NCBI GenBank assembly: GCA_965218435.1
Contig: CBDCKW010000009.1
Span: 736,001 to 800,000 of the forward strand
Direction of reading: 5' to 3'
Origin: Truepera sp.
Lineage (GTDB): Bacteria; Deinococcota; Deinococci; Deinococcales; Trueperaceae
Length of the DNA stretch: 64,000 nucleotides
This document shows, one piece after another, positions 1 through 10,412 of this stretch. The first letter of the stretch is position 1, and each line of letters opens with the position of its first letter. Below the pieces are notes generated by a model. That model saw only the letters and a program-made list of their open reading frames with translations. It was not told the DNA's origin and did no database searches. Made by a program: the position numbers and the translations under genes.

Positions 1-110
1 ATTGCCCCACCTTGATTGGCGGTCGGCGCGTAGTTCTCCGGCCACTGAAATGTTTGCGCGCAGGCCAGCGAACCAGCTAGCGCAGCTGCGAGAAAAAGTC
101 CTCTTTTCAT
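1..110 (-). CDS. 5' end of a secreted protein, probably an ABC transporter substrate-binding protein (runs off the window edge)
   Basis: ATG at 110 after GGAGG; translates MKRGLFLAAALAGSLACAQTFQWPENYAPTANQGGA with a signal-peptide-like N-terminus. Confidence 0.6.
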   Translation of the reverse strand, partial: MKRGLFLAAALAGSLACAQTFQWPENYAPTANQGGA

Positions 111-455
111 CGTTTCCTCCTATTAAGGGCGTACATAGGTTCATGAACCTATGCCAAAGTCTTACCTATAACGTATGACCCTAAAAGGCTAACCTCACAG
201 GGGTTAAAAATCAAGCTGCCCGGTTCTCATAAATGAGCGTGGCAACGTGCCCTCTCCTCTTGCAATTTAGCACCCTGTAAGGGCAGCGTCAAACGGTCTT
301 AGGTGACGCGCTGCACATCCAGCAGCCGGAAAGTACAGCAAGTCTACAAAGCTAGACATAATATTCCAAAAAATCAGAACAATCAGCACGAAACTTGTGT
401 AGTGCTCGGTTTTACTGTCTTCTCGTAACCCTGAGAAAGAAGCTGGGTACCAAGT

Positions 456-485
456 AAAAAACCTCGTCCGGTTGGGGACGAGGCT
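456..485 (-). terminator. Intrinsic terminator after secG
   Basis: CCTCGTCC/GGACGAGG stem followed by a T run on the minus strand. Confidence 0.75.
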
Positions 486-513
486 CTTGTTGTCTTGCTG
501 AAGCGTACTCTGT

Positions 514-753
514 CTACGCCCTCGGTACGATGGCGAGGGCCAGGGCCAACAGTCCCCAGATAACCCCCAAATAGATAGTCAAACGCTGCAAACCGCCTGC
601 GGTACCGCCGGTAGAGGCGGTAAAGTCCTGTCCGCCGCCGCCCAGCCCTTCACCGAGACCGCCCTGTTTGGGTTCTTGCATAATGACAACCCCCGTAAGG
701 GCAAACGACGTGAGAACGAAAAGTAAAAAGATCAGCCAGAATACGATAAACAC
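514..753 (-). CDS. secG: Preprotein translocase subunit SecG
   Basis: Two TM helices flanking QEPKQGGLG...GG; next to a tRNA-Leu gene. Confidence 0.9.
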   Translation of the reverse strand: MFIVFWLIFLLFVLTSFALTGVVIMQEPKQGGLGEGLGGGGQDFTASTGGTAGGLQRLTIYLGVIWGLLALALAIVPRA

Positions 754-826
754 TTGGGAGCCTCCGACAGCTAACTCTGTGGGCTAAAAGCGCGTGAGCC
801 GAGAGCTACACAGAAAAAAGGTAGAG

Positions 827-911
827 TGGTGCCGAGAGCGGGACTCGAACCCGCACAGCCGAAGCCGGTAGATTTTGAGTCTACTGCGTCTACCAATTCC
901 GCCATCCCGGC
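827..911 (-). tRNA. tRNA-Leu(CAA)
   Basis: GCCGGGATGGCGGAATTGGTAGACGC...GTAGA-CTCAAAA-TCTAC, long variable arm, GGTTCGAGTCCC, encoded CCA end. Confidence 0.97.
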
Positions 912-971
912 ACGGGTTTCATGCGGCGTGAGCGGTTGCTCACTAAGAGGTGTGCCGCAAAACAAACTATC

Positions 972-1967
972 TTATCGCGGTACCGGGTCAAACGCAACCG
1001 GATGTTGAGCTGAAGGCTGAACAGGGGGATTACCGACTCCTAAAAGGAGGGTCTCGAGGTCCGCGAGTGTGCTGACTTGCTTCAAAGCGGTATGTAGTCT
1101 CTCCGCGTCCGGTAAACCTTCGGCGTAACGCAAAAGTTGCCCACGCAGTTTGACGACGGCGTGCTCGCTGCCGTACCAGGCGCAGGCGTGGCGGGCGTGC
1201 TCGAGCACCAGCGCCACCTTCTCCGCGTGGCTCGGTTCCGGTTCACCGCGAAAGGTCGAGAAAAGCCAGGGCCGCCCGAGTGCGCCGCGCCCGACCATCA
1301 CCCCGAGACCTGAATTACGGTAGTGGTCAAACTGCGCTCTAGTCGTGACGTCACCTGAGCCCACAACCGGAATACGGAGCTGGTCGGCGACTTCGGCCAC
1401 GGTGTCCCAATCAGCCGCGCCGCTGTACTTCTGCGCGGCGGTGCGGCCGTGAACGGTGAGGAGGGCTGCGCCCGCTCCTTGCAGGGCTAGGGCGACCTCG
1501 AGCACGTTGACCGTATCGAAGCCGAGCCGCAGTTTGGCGCTGACGGGGACGGGTACGGCCCTTGCTAACTCGTACACGATCGCCGCCGCCCGCTCCGGGT
1601 CTTGCAGCAGCCGTGAACCGCAGCTTTTACCTGTGACCTTTTTAACCGGACACCCCATGTTGAGGTCTAACGCGGCGGGCCGGTAGGTGTCATATAAGAT
1701 GTGTCCGCCCGCCGCCACGATGTCGGGTTCGCCGCCGAAGACTTGAATCACCAGGTCAGGTTCATCCGGGTACGGTGCGCCGATGTGAAGCCCCTGCCGG
1801 TCACCCTGCACGAGGGCCTTCGCGCTGACCATCTCGGTCACGGCCCAACCACTTCCGAAGCGGCGGCAGAGCCTCCGAAACGGCGCGTCGGTAAAACCTG
1901 CCATCGGCGCGAGCACGGCGCGGCCTTCGGCGAGTTTGCGGGTGTAGAAGGTGTCAGCCTGTGTCAT
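972..1967 (-). CDS. dusB: tRNA-dihydrouridine synthase (DusB-like)
   Basis: LAPMAG, LNMGCP, TVHGRT, GRGALGRPW motifs. Confidence 0.9.
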   Translation of the reverse strand: MTQADTFYTRKLAEGRAVLAPMAGFTDAPFRRLCRRFGSGWAVTEMVSAKALVQGDRQGLHIGAPYPDEPDLVIQVFGGEPDIVAAGGHILYDTYRPAALDLNMGCPVKKVTGKSCGSRLLQDPERAAAIVYELARAVPVPVSAKLRLGFDTVNVLEVALALQGAGAALLTVHGRTAAQKYSGAADWDTVAEVADQLRIPVVGSGDVTTRAQFDHYRNSGLGVMVGRGALGRPWLFSTFRGEPEPSHAEKVALVLEHARHACAWYGSEHAVVKLRGQLLRYAEGLPDAERLHTALKQVSTLADLETLLLGVGNPPVQPSAQHPVAFDPVPR

Positions 1968-2026
1968 CGTTTTAGGTTACCTGAAAGCTCGAGCGTGAGA
2001 GGTCGTGAGTAAAGGTCTTACTGCGG

Positions 2027-3076
2027 TTACTCTGGTAATGCCTGCTGCAAAAACCGAAACCACGTTCCCCCCAAAAAGTCTGCTCTGGCCGCCTCCGGTA
2101 CCGCTTCACCGAGACGGGCGAAATCTGCGCCGCGACTCAGCTCAGCAGGAATATCTTCAACCCCGAAGCCGCCGTCAAAGTCGGTGCCGACAGCGACGCG
2201 GTCCCAGCCGATCAGCTCGGCGACGTGTGCGGCGTGGCGCTGAACCTCGGCAAGTGTGACGCTCTCTTTGGGCGAGTCCGGGGTGATGCCTGCTTTTAAG
2301 AAGGCGTTGGCGATGACCAAGCCCATCACGCCGCCCCTTGCGCCGAGGGCGCGGATCATCTCGTCTGAGAGGTGACGGTCGGTCGGAACGAAGGTGCGGG
2401 CGTTCGAGTGGCTGGCGATGACGTGCGCGGGGCTAGACTCAAGTGCCCCCCAAAAACTCTCTTCAGCCAAGTGACTGATGTCTAAAATGATACCCTCTTG
2501 CTTCATGGCGGCCAGCAGCTCGAGCCCAAGCGGGGTCAAAGGTCCCGGCGCTCTAGTGCCGCCCGCGTAGCGGGTACGTTGCCAAGCCGGGCCGACGATG
2601 CGGAGCCCCCTTGTTGTCCATTCGCTCAGATCGTCCGGGGTGAGGAGCGGGTCGGCTCCTTCCATCAGGAGCACCAGACCCGTCGGCGTGTCAGCCTTTG
2701 GCGCAGTGTAAGGTTCTAAATCACTTTGGACGCGGATGATACGGATAAGCCCTGCGTCTTCCCAGCGTTCGTACAGCTCGAGTTGCGCTAGAGCAAGCGT
2801 CCGCGCCTCTTGGGGCGTTTCATAGACGCGGCCCGGAAGCCGCGTACCCGGCGTACTGAGCTGCGCCGCCGCAGGTTGTACATAGATGGTGCCAAAGATG
2901 ACGCTGACCCCGCCGTCACGAAGCTCGGGCAGGGTGACGAGCGCGTCCTTATGCCCTTGCTGGCGTGACTCGTCTAGCGGCAGGGTGAGGTCGCGCCCCG
3001 CTGCCAGAACGTTATAGGCGAGGTCGAGGTGGCCGTCAATCAGAGGCTGAACGGGAGCAGTCGGGTGTTCGGTCAT
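2027..3076 (-). CDS. Membrane dipeptidase (peptidase M19)
   Basis: IDGHLD, MEGAD, DISH, ASHSN, GTDFDG motifs; ATG 3076 chosen as start. Confidence 0.88.
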   Translation of the reverse strand: MTEHPTAPVQPLIDGHLDLAYNVLAAGRDLTLPLDESRQQGHKDALVTLPELRDGGVSVIFGTIYVQPAAAQLSTPGTRLPGRVYETPQEARTLALAQLELYERWEDAGLIRIIRVQSDLEPYTAPKADTPTGLVLLMEGADPLLTPDDLSEWTTRGLRIVGPAWQRTRYAGGTRAPGPLTPLGLELLAAMKQEGIILDISHLAEESFWGALESSPAHVIASHSNARTFVPTDRHLSDEMIRALGARGGVMGLVIANAFLKAGITPDSPKESVTLAEVQRHAAHVAELIGWDRVAVGTDFDGGFGVEDIPAELSRGADFARLGEAVPEAARADFLGGTWFRFLQQALPE

Positions 3077-3329
3077 GCCAGAGAGTGTAACTGAAGGCGG
3101 CGCGTAAAACCTGAGGACGGCCAAACCGTCTCTGTGCGCCGCGCTGCCACCTTTAGAACGAAATTAGCTGACAAAACCATAAGGGAAGCTACATCATTTC
3201 TTAATCCGTCACAGTTAAGCTGCAAAAAACCGCTATACTAGCCTGAACTTGGCTTACTTTTTTATGACGAACGCTCGGTATACTTGGGGTGCCACCTAGC
3301 CCGTATACCTCGCTTTTCGGGGAGTAACT

Positions 3330-3830
3330 GTGAATACGTCAAATACGTCTATGACCATCCATCTACACACGCGGGCTGCAACCGTGGCCGACGCCGAACA
3401 CGTTTTTAAGGTCTACTGCGGCGCACCTCGCTACTTCGACATTCTGTCCGCTCAACTTCCGACGCTGCCTGAAGTTGAGCGCGAATTAGAAGCCGCCGCC
3501 CAAGACCCCAAACGCTGCGTTGAACTGCTGATTGACACCACTCAGCTGGATAACATCCGGGTCGTGGGCTATCTCGATTACAAACTCGACTACCCGGAAC
3601 CTGGCGACGCGACGGTCAACTTGCTCCTAATCCCCGAAGCTCTGCAAAGTCGCGGGTATGGGCGGCGCTCAATCGGACTTTTGGAGGCCGGGTTGCAGGG
3701 CCGCGCCAAACGCATTTTAGCCAGCATCTATAGCAGCAACCCGCGTGCCAAACGCTTCTGGCGTTCGCTCGGTTACCGCTTCGCCATTGACGCACGCCCT
3801 ATTTTGGAGTGGTACGCCAAGGAGTTATAG
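3330..3830 (+). CDS. GNAT family N-acetyltransferase
   Basis: QSRGYGR acetyl-CoA motif; NPRAKRFWRSLGY. Confidence 0.85.
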   Translation: MNTSNTSMTIHLHTRAATVADAEHVFKVYCGAPRYFDILSAQLPTLPEVERELEAAAQDPKRCVELLIDTTQLDNIRVVGYLDYKLDYPEPGDATVNLLLIPEALQSRGYGRRSIGLLEAGLQGRAKRILASIYSSNPRAKRFWRSLGYRFAIDARPILEWYAKEL

Positions 3831-3942
3831 GGCAGTTGAGTTAAAAGAAGCCCTGAGCAGTCGGAACCTCACGGCTTTTTTACTCATTGCTATCTTGAAC
3901 ATTTTTATGGTCTACTAACCCTGACCCACGCCCCGCCGTGGA

Positions 3943-4062
3943 CCCTATCAAGAGCAGCCGAGGGACCTGGCCCCAAGACGCTGCAGCAACCAGCCTTCAT
4001 CTAGGCGGGTGCTCCTTCCAGCCGTGGTCGCTTTACGATGACGCGTCCCGGAGAGATAGAGG
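3943..4062 (+). ncRNA. SAM-I (S-box) riboswitch
   Basis: CTATCAAGAG...GAGGGACCTGGCCC...GCAACC...GGTGCT...TCC...AGATAG consensus; upstream of metY-metX. Confidence 0.92.
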
Positions 4063-4092
4063 CGCTGACGCCTCACCGACAATGGAGGCGAT

Positions 4093-4173
4093 ATGTATTT
4101 GTACTCAAAATATCTAGGCCAAGACCTAGCAGGCAAATTAGCTCAGCTGGTCCAAGTAAAACGAATGTCTTAG
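4093..4173 (+). CDS. Putative 26-aa uORF under riboswitch control (MYLYSKYLGQDLAGKLAQLVQVKRMS)
   Basis: GGAGG SD inside the riboswitch expression platform, followed closely by ATG. Confidence 0.45.
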   Translation: MYLYSKYLGQDLAGKLAQLVQVKRMS

Positions 4174-4324
4174 CTTTTGCTCGGCTCGAGCCCGGTTGCT
4201 ACTAACTAGAGCGAACTGGGCGCAGCCGGGGCCAGCTTTTGCTTAATAACTCTTTTGCTTAATAATTACGGTCAACTCAGCCTATGACTAACTTGTTTAC
4301 GGAAGAACGTACGAAGGGAACACT

Positions 4325-5662
4325 GTGTCTAAAGCTGCATCTAAACCTGTACCTACTCCTACCCCCGCACCTACGCTCGAAACCGAAGTACCTGATCAAA
4401 CTCTCGCATTTGAAACCTTGAGCGTTCACGCGGGTCAAAAACCCGACCCGGCAACGGGCTCGAGGGCGGTGCCGATCTACGCCACAGCGTCGTTTGTCTA
4501 CGAGAGCGCCGACCACGCCGCGAGCCTCTTTGCTGGCGAGGTCGCGGGCAATCAGTACGGGCGGATGCACAACCCGACGGTAGACGTGTTTGTGGATAGA
4601 CTCGTCGCGCTCGAGGCTGGCGTCGCCGGTCTAGGTTTGTCTTCGGGGCAGGCTGCGACGACCGCGACACTTTTGGCGCTGGCGCGTCCGGGTGCGCAGC
4701 TGGTGGTCTCGAGCGAGTGCTTCGGCGGAACCTTTAGCGTGTTAAGGAAGGTGCTCGAGCCGTGGGGCTGCGAAGTTGCGACCGTCGCCCCGAATCCGGA
4801 CGCTATAAAGAGCGCCATCCGCGACGAAACCGTCGGTGTTTGGGTCGAAACCATCGCCAATCCAAGCTGCAGCGTCCCGGATATTGCTGCCATTGCCGAA
4901 CTCTGTAACGGCGCGGGGGTCCCTTTTATTGTGGATAACACCTGGGGCTGCGGCGGCTACTTGTGCAGGCCGCTCACGCTCGGCGCAGACGTCGTGGTGC
5001 ATTCGGCGACGAAGTGGATCGGCGGACACGGAACCTTTGTCGGCGGAGCCATCGTCGAGGCGGGGCGCTTTGACTGGGCGGCGCAACCGGGGCGGTTTCC
5101 GGCGTTCGTCAAACCGGATACGCGGGGGCGCACCTACGTCTCGCGTGCGCCTGAAACGGCCTTGACGCTGCGTGCTTACGACCTGGGACTTTTTACGATG
5201 GGAATGACCTTATCGCCTTACGCCGCGTCGTTGGCGTTGCAAGGGCTCGAGACGCTTCCCTTAAGGGTGCAGCGTTCGTGCGATACGACCGTAAAGTTGG
5301 CAAGGTGGTTGGAAGCTCAACCCGAAGTCACCCGCGTCCTCTATCCCGGTTTACCGTCACATCCTTCGTATAAGACAGCGCAAAAGACGCTTTCGCACGG
5401 CTTCGGCGCGGTGCTCTCATTCGAGACCGAGACGCCCGCACAAGCGCAGGGGTTCTTAAACCGTGTACAGCTCGCGTCGCATCTGGCGAATATCGGGGAC
5501 GCCAAAACGGTTGTGATCAGCCCCTGGACGACGACGCACGCCGGACTAAGCGAAACGGCGCGGCGTGAAGCCGGGGTGACGCCGGAATTGGTCCGGGTGT
5601 CGGTGGGGCTCGAGGCGTTAGCTGATATTCAAGTCGACTTTGCCCGGGCTTTACAGGGTTAA
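4325..5662 (+). CDS. metY: O-acetylhomoserine aminocarboxypropyltransferase (sulfhydrylase)
   Basis: LHAGQ-like start, YGRMHNPT, DNT, HSATKWIGGHG PLP lysine, LANIGDAKT. Confidence 0.88.
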   Translation: MSKAASKPVPTPTPAPTLETEVPDQTLAFETLSVHAGQKPDPATGSRAVPIYATASFVYESADHAASLFAGEVAGNQYGRMHNPTVDVFVDRLVALEAGVAGLGLSSGQAATTATLLALARPGAQLVVSSECFGGTFSVLRKVLEPWGCEVATVAPNPDAIKSAIRDETVGVWVETIANPSCSVPDIAAIAELCNGAGVPFIVDNTWGCGGYLCRPLTLGADVVVHSATKWIGGHGTFVGGAIVEAGRFDWAAQPGRFPAFVKPDTRGRTYVSRAPETALTLRAYDLGLFTMGMTLSPYAASLALQGLETLPLRVQRSCDTTVKLARWLEAQPEVTRVLYPGLPSHPSYKTAQKTLSHGFGAVLSFETETPAQAQGFLNRVQLASHLANIGDAKTVVISPWTTTHAGLSETARREAGVTPELVRVSVGLEALADIQVDFARALQG

Positions 5663-5697
5663 GTGACAGGGTTAGATGACTGGCAGATGACTACCAA

Positions 5698-6891
5698 ATG
5701 ACCACGCTCGTTCACGAAACCTGGGGCGACCACGCCGCGCTGCTTGCCCGTTCACAGGGCAGCAGCGCAGGCGTCGGGGTCGTCAAACCGCAAATAGTTA
5801 CTGTAGCCACCCCTGAAAATCCGCTGAGGCTCGAGTATGGCGGCATTCTTTCTGACGTGTGCGTCACCTTCGAGACCTACGGCGAGCTGAACGCGGCCAA
5901 AGACAACGCCGTACTTCTATGCCACGCGCTGACCGGTTCGGCGCACGCTGCCGGGGTGCAAGGGCTGACGCAGGAAGCTGCGCTGCAAGGTGAAGTGCCG
6001 GGCTGGTGGGACCCGCTCATCGGTCCCGGTAAGGCGGTGGATACGCGCAAGCACTTCGTGATCTGCCCGAATGTGCTGGGCGGCTGTTACGGCACCACCG
6101 GCCCGAGCAGCCCGGACCCCGAAACGGGAAAACCTTACCGGTTGAGCTTTCCGCGCTACACCGTCCGCGATATGGTCGCGGTGCAGGCGCGGCTGCTGGA
6201 CGCGTTGGGGCTTGACTCGGTGCGGGCCGTAATCGGCGGCAGTATGGGTGGGATGCAGGCGCTCGAGTGGGCCGCGACGCACCCCGAGCGGGTGCGGAGT
6301 TTGGTCAGTATCGCCGTCGGCGCACGGCATTCGGCGTGGGCCATCGGCTTAAACGAGGTAGCGCGGAGAGCGATCACCAGCGACCCGGTGTGGCGTGGGG
6401 GCGACTACACGCCCGGGTCACAACCCGAAGCGGGTCTCGGCTTAGCGCGGGCCGTCGCCATGCTTTCGTACCGCTCGGTGGATTCCTTAGAGGCCAAGTT
6501 CGGTCGTGAACGCGTCTCAGCCTCGCGCGACCTGTTGGCGCACTCGTTTGAAATCGAGTCGTATCTGGACTATCAAGGGGTCAAACTCGTGAAGCGGTTC
6601 GACGCCAACACCTATTTATACCTGACCAAAGCGATGGACGACTTTGACCTCGCCGAGGGGCGGGGCCGCCTCAAAAACGTGCTCCAAAAGATGACCATGC
6701 CGTCGCTGGTTATGGGCATCAGCAGCGACGTGCTCTACCCCGAACCCGAGCAACTTGCGTTAGTCGCAGGATTACCGAACGCCGAGTACGCCCGCATCAG
6801 CTCACCGCACGGTCACGACGCGTTTTTAATCGAGTTTCCGCAGTTAGCGGCGCGGTTGAGGAGATTTTTGGCGGGGCTCGAGCGGTCATAA
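5698..6891 (+). CDS. metX: Homoserine O-acetyltransferase
   Basis: CHALTG, GGSMGGMQ nucleophile elbow, RFDAN, HGHDAFL. Confidence 0.93.
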   Translation: MTTLVHETWGDHAALLARSQGSSAGVGVVKPQIVTVATPENPLRLEYGGILSDVCVTFETYGELNAAKDNAVLLCHALTGSAHAAGVQGLTQEAALQGEVPGWWDPLIGPGKAVDTRKHFVICPNVLGGCYGTTGPSSPDPETGKPYRLSFPRYTVRDMVAVQARLLDALGLDSVRAVIGGSMGGMQALEWAATHPERVRSLVSIAVGARHSAWAIGLNEVARRAITSDPVWRGGDYTPGSQPEAGLGLARAVAMLSYRSVDSLEAKFGRERVSASRDLLAHSFEIESYLDYQGVKLVKRFDANTYLYLTKAMDDFDLAEGRGRLKNVLQKMTMPSLVMGISSDVLYPEPEQLALVAGLPNAEYARISSPHGHDAFLIEFPQLAARLRRFLAGLERS

Positions 6892-7052
6892 ACCTTGATG
6901 TTTAGGTTGACCTGCCTAAAGCTGGTAGGGTTATGCGTAGACCCATGCAGGTAGTTAAGCTCGAGGCTTTTGTTCAGAGTGAGGTCCTTGGTGCGAGTTC
7001 TTATCGTCAGGGCAAGCTACGTCCGACTTAGCTTATGCCTGAATCCTGACCC

Positions 7053-7775
7053 TTAAAGCCCCAAATACGCCCGCTTGATCTTCTCGTTGCCCATCAGTTC
7101 TTGCGAGGGTCCCTCGACGACCAGTTTGCCGTTTTCTAACACGTACGTCCGGTCGGAAATCTGCAATACCTGTTTGACGTTTTGCTCGACCAATAAAATT
7201 GGTAGCCCAGTTTGCGACACCCGGCGAATCGCCTGCATCACCTCTTTGACCAGGCGCGGCGCAAGCCCCAAAGACGGCTCGTCCATGATGAGCATTTTAG
7301 GCTCTAACATCAGCGCACGGCCGATGGCGATCATCTGCTGCTGTCCACCCGAGAGGTTTCCGGCCATCACTTTGCGTTTGTCGTAAAGGTCGGGGAAAAG
7401 CTCGAACACATGTTTGAGACTCTCTGCACGCTTCCGGCGCGGCTCCGGTAAATACGCCCCGAGCGAGAGGTTTTGAGCTACGGTCATATTTGGGAAAAGC
7501 TGCCGCCCCATCGGAACATGTGCGACGCCGAGTTCGGCCATCTGGTGGGGGCTGCGCCTACGTACCGCTTGACCGAAGAAGAGGATACGCCCCGAGCGCG
7601 GCTGAATCATCCCTGAAACGGCCCGTAAAATCGTGGATTTACCGCTCCCGTTCCCCCCGACGAGCCCAACCAACTCGCCCTCATGGACATTTAAGCTGAC
7701 GTCCATGACGACTAACAATTCGTCGTAGCCTAAGTCCACGTTTTCGACCTGTAAAACGGGTGCGCACTCAGTCAT
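7053..7775 (-). CDS. livF: Branched-chain amino acid-type ABC ATPase (LivF-like)
   Basis: GGNGSGKST, LSGGQQQM, DEPSLGLAP, LLVEQN. Confidence 0.85.
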   Translation of the reverse strand: MTECAPVLQVENVDLGYDELLVVMDVSLNVHEGELVGLVGGNGSGKSTILRAVSGMIQPRSGRILFFGQAVRRRSPHQMAELGVAHVPMGRQLFPNMTVAQNLSLGAYLPEPRRKRAESLKHVFELFPDLYDKRKVMAGNLSGGQQQMIAIGRALMLEPKMLIMDEPSLGLAPRLVKEVMQAIRRVSQTGLPILLVEQNVKQVLQISDRTYVLENGKLVVEGPSQELMGNEKIKRAYLGL

Positions 7776-8535
7776 CGTCTACCCCTCCTAAATACGCCTC
7801 GATGACCAGCGGATTACTCGTCACCGCTTCCGGCGTACCTTCGGCGATCTTTTTGCCAAACGCCAAGACGATGATATGGTCGGACAGTTCAATTACAGCT
7901 TGCATGATGTGTTCGACCATCAAGATGGCAGTCCCATCTTGCGTCAAGCTGAGGACAAATTCGATCATTTCAGCTAAGGCGGGTGGGTTTAGACCTGCCA
8001 TCAGCTCGTCTAAAAAGAGGACGCGCGGTTTGAGGGCGAGGGCTTTGGCGAGTTCTAAACGCCGCCGCCGCGCCAGGTTCAGCTCGGCTGAAAGTTGGTT
8101 GCGGCGGTCAATCAGACCCACACGTGTCAAGCACTCTTCAGCCCACAGTTCAGCGTCACTGCGGGCCGGAAACCGTAAAAAGGCGGGAATAAGGACGTTC
8201 TCGAGGACGCTCAAGCCCTCAAAGGGGCGCTCGATCTGGAATGTTCGGCCCATCCCCTTGCGGGTGCGTTCAAAGGGTGACATGCGGGTGATGTCGCGGC
8301 CCAAATAGGTGACCTTGCCCCCACTTAGCGGGGCGTAGCCGGTCAGCGCGTTAAACAAGGTCGTCTTACCGGCCCCGTTCGGGCCGATCAGTCCTAAAAT
8401 CTTGCCGCGTTCTAGGTCTAGTGACACGTCATCCACAGCCGTTACACCGCCGAACGTGACCCTGATTCCTTCAGCGTGCAAGATGCTCTCGGCGGGAGTT
8501 TTAACGCCGGGAGCTTTAGCGTTGGTCTCGAGCAT
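7768..8535 (-). CDS. livG: Branched-chain amino acid-type ABC ATPase (LivG-like)
   Basis: [25 protein letters not shown]. Confidence 0.85.
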   Translation of the reverse strand: MLETNAKAPGVKTPAESILHAEGIRVTFGGVTAVDDVSLDLERGKILGLIGPNGAGKTTLFNALTGYAPLSGGKVTYLGRDITRMSPFERTRKGMGRTFQIERPFEGLSVLENVLIPAFLRFPARSDAELWAEECLTRVGLIDRRNQLSAELNLARRRRLELAKALALKPRVLFLDELMAGLNPPALAEMIEFVLSLTQDGTAILMVEHIMQAVIELSDHIIVLAFGKKIAEGTPEAVTSNPLVIEAYLGGVDDD

Positions 8536-9475
8536 AACGCCTCCGCCGCAAGGAGCGCGATAATTCACCGATCAGACCACGCGGCACAAATAAGATCACG
8601 ACCAAAATCAGTAGGCCGTAGATCAGCAAGTTCGCCTCGGCAAACACGCTGCGAAACAGCTCGGCGGCTAAAATCAGCAGCGCCGCCCCCAAAGCTGGCC
8701 CCCAGACCGTGCCGCGCCCGCCGATAATCGCGGTCAGCGCAATCTGCACCGAGAGCGGCAAGAAAAAGAGGTTGTGCGGGTCTAAAAATGACAGATACGC
8801 GCCGTAAATGCCGCCCCCTAACGCGGTTAGCGCCCCTGAAAGAGCAAACGCCCGCAGTTTGATTCTCACCGGATTGATACCCGCCGCCTGCGCCGCCGCT
8901 TCGTCTTCACGCACCGCGCGCATCGCGTACCCGAAACGGCTGCCCGAAAGCCACATCACACACGCGATGACCCCGGCTGCGTAGAGGAGCGCGAGGTAAT
9001 ATTCGACCTGGCGGCTAAATAAGTCAAGGCCGAAGGGCTCGGGGAGTTCAGAGATAAACAGCCCCGCCGACCCGCCTGTAAACCACGCTTCGTTAATCGC
9101 CACGAGCCGTAAGATTTCGGCAATCGCAATCGTTGAGAGCGTGAAGTACGACCCGCGCAGGCCGAACGTTAAAGAACCCCAGAGCAGGGCGAACAGGGCG
9201 GCGACGATAAGACCGAGCTCGAGCGCCGAAACCGCGTCGAGTCCAAGTTTGCCCGTTCCGAGTGCCAGCGCATAAGCGCCGATCCCGACAAACGCCGCGT
9301 GTCCGAGGCTCGTCTGCCCCGTCCAACCGCCTAAAATATCCCATGAGGTAGCCAGCCCGACGAAGAGCAGGAGCGTGATCATCAAGCTGAAGTTCGTCCC
9401 TGACCACAGTGGAAGGAGGAGCCCGACGCCGAGGAAGAGCGCGAGTTGCGCCAGCGGTACGGCCAGCCGCCTCAT
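8516..9475 (-). CDS. livM: Branched-chain amino acid-type ABC permease (LivM-like)
   Basis: [22 protein letters not shown] motifs; multiple TM segments. Confidence 0.85.
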   Translation of the reverse strand: MRRLAVPLAQLALFLGVGLLLPLWSGTNFSLMITLLLFVGLATSWDILGGWTGQTSLGHAAFVGIGAYALALGTGKLGLDAVSALELGLIVAALFALLWGSLTFGLRGSYFTLSTIAIAEILRLVAINEAWFTGGSAGLFISELPEPFGLDLFSRQVEYYLALLYAAGVIACVMWLSGSRFGYAMRAVREDEAAAQAAGINPVRIKLRAFALSGALTALGGGIYGAYLSFLDPHNLFFLPLSVQIALTAIIGGRGTVWGPALGAALLILAAELFRSVFAEANLLIYGLLILVVILFVPRGLIGELSRSLRRRRYARDQR

Positions 9476-10356
9476 ACGCGTTTGACCGACCGACCGAACA
9501 ACCCTTCCGGGCGGAGGAGCAAGATCAGCAAAAAGGCGACTAAGCCGTAAGCGTCGCGGTAGTCAAACGAGATATACGATGCGCCTAAAACTTCAACCAC
9601 GCCGAGGAGTAAGCCGCCGCCGATCGCACCCCAAACGTTGCCGAGACCGCCCAAAACGGTCACGACAAACGCTTTTAAGGTGAAGACCGGCCCGGTGATG
9701 ACGGGCGTCACAAAAAGTTGCGGAATTAAGATAATCCCGGCTGCAACCGAAAGCGTCACCCCGACGCCGAAAACGAGGCTGTAAATGGCCCGCGTATTGA
9801 TGCCGACGAGTTCAGCGCCGAGGCGGTTCTGCGACGTAGCCCGCACCGCCTGACCCTGTTCGGTAAAGGTCAGAAACAGATAGAGGCCGACGATCACGAG
9901 CAGCACGACGCCCCCGGCAACGAGTTGGACTAAAGAAAGTGTGATGGGACCTAAAGCAACGGTCGCGGTGCCGTAAGCGACGTTTAACGAGCGCGGCGAC
10001 GCCCCGAAAGTCAGCAGCAAGATATTTTGAATCACGAGTGATAAACCCAGCGTCGCTAAGAGCGTACTGTCTAGGGGCGCGTCTACCAAACGGCTTAAGA
10101 TCAGGTGCTCGAGCCCCACCCCCAGCAAAAACCCTAAGGGCAGCGCGACGGCCAGACTCAGCAGCGGGTCCCAGCCGAGCTGCGTGTACATCACAATGGC
10201 CGTGTACATCCCGAGCACCACAAAGTCGCCGTGCGAAAAGTTGATCACCCGCATCACGCCGAAAATCAGCGACAAGCCGATGCCCAGAAGGGCGTACACG
10301 CCGCCGATTAAAAGGCCGCCGGAGAGGTTTTGTAAAAAGCCGTAAAAAGGTTCCAT
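9472..10356 (-). CDS. livH: Branched-chain amino acid-type ABC permease (LivH-like)
   Basis: GLSLIFGVMRVINFSHG, VLGGLG, LLLRPEGLFG. Confidence 0.87.
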   Translation of the reverse strand: MEPFYGFLQNLSGGLLIGGVYALLGIGLSLIFGVMRVINFSHGDFVVLGMYTAIVMYTQLGWDPLLSLAVALPLGFLLGVGLEHLILSRLVDAPLDSTLLATLGLSLVIQNILLLTFGASPRSLNVAYGTATVALGPITLSLVQLVAGGVVLLVIVGLYLFLTFTEQGQAVRATSQNRLGAELVGINTRAIYSLVFGVGVTLSVAAGIILIPQLFVTPVITGPVFTLKAFVVTVLGGLGNVWGAIGGGLLLGVVEVLGASYISFDYRDAYGLVAFLLILLLRPEGLFGRSVKRV

Positions 10357-10412
10357 AAGTTAAGAAGTGGCCCTGACTAGTCTGTAGAAACAGTCAGGAC
10401 CACTGGGACCGT

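Noticed and set aside
771..1008. ORFs 771-965 (-) and 826-1008 (+)
   Set aside because: Shadow translations of the tRNA-Leu gene
4237..4265. Direct repeat TTTTGCTTAATAA x2 upstream of metY
   Set aside because: Only two copies; may be local slippage, no evidence for an operator
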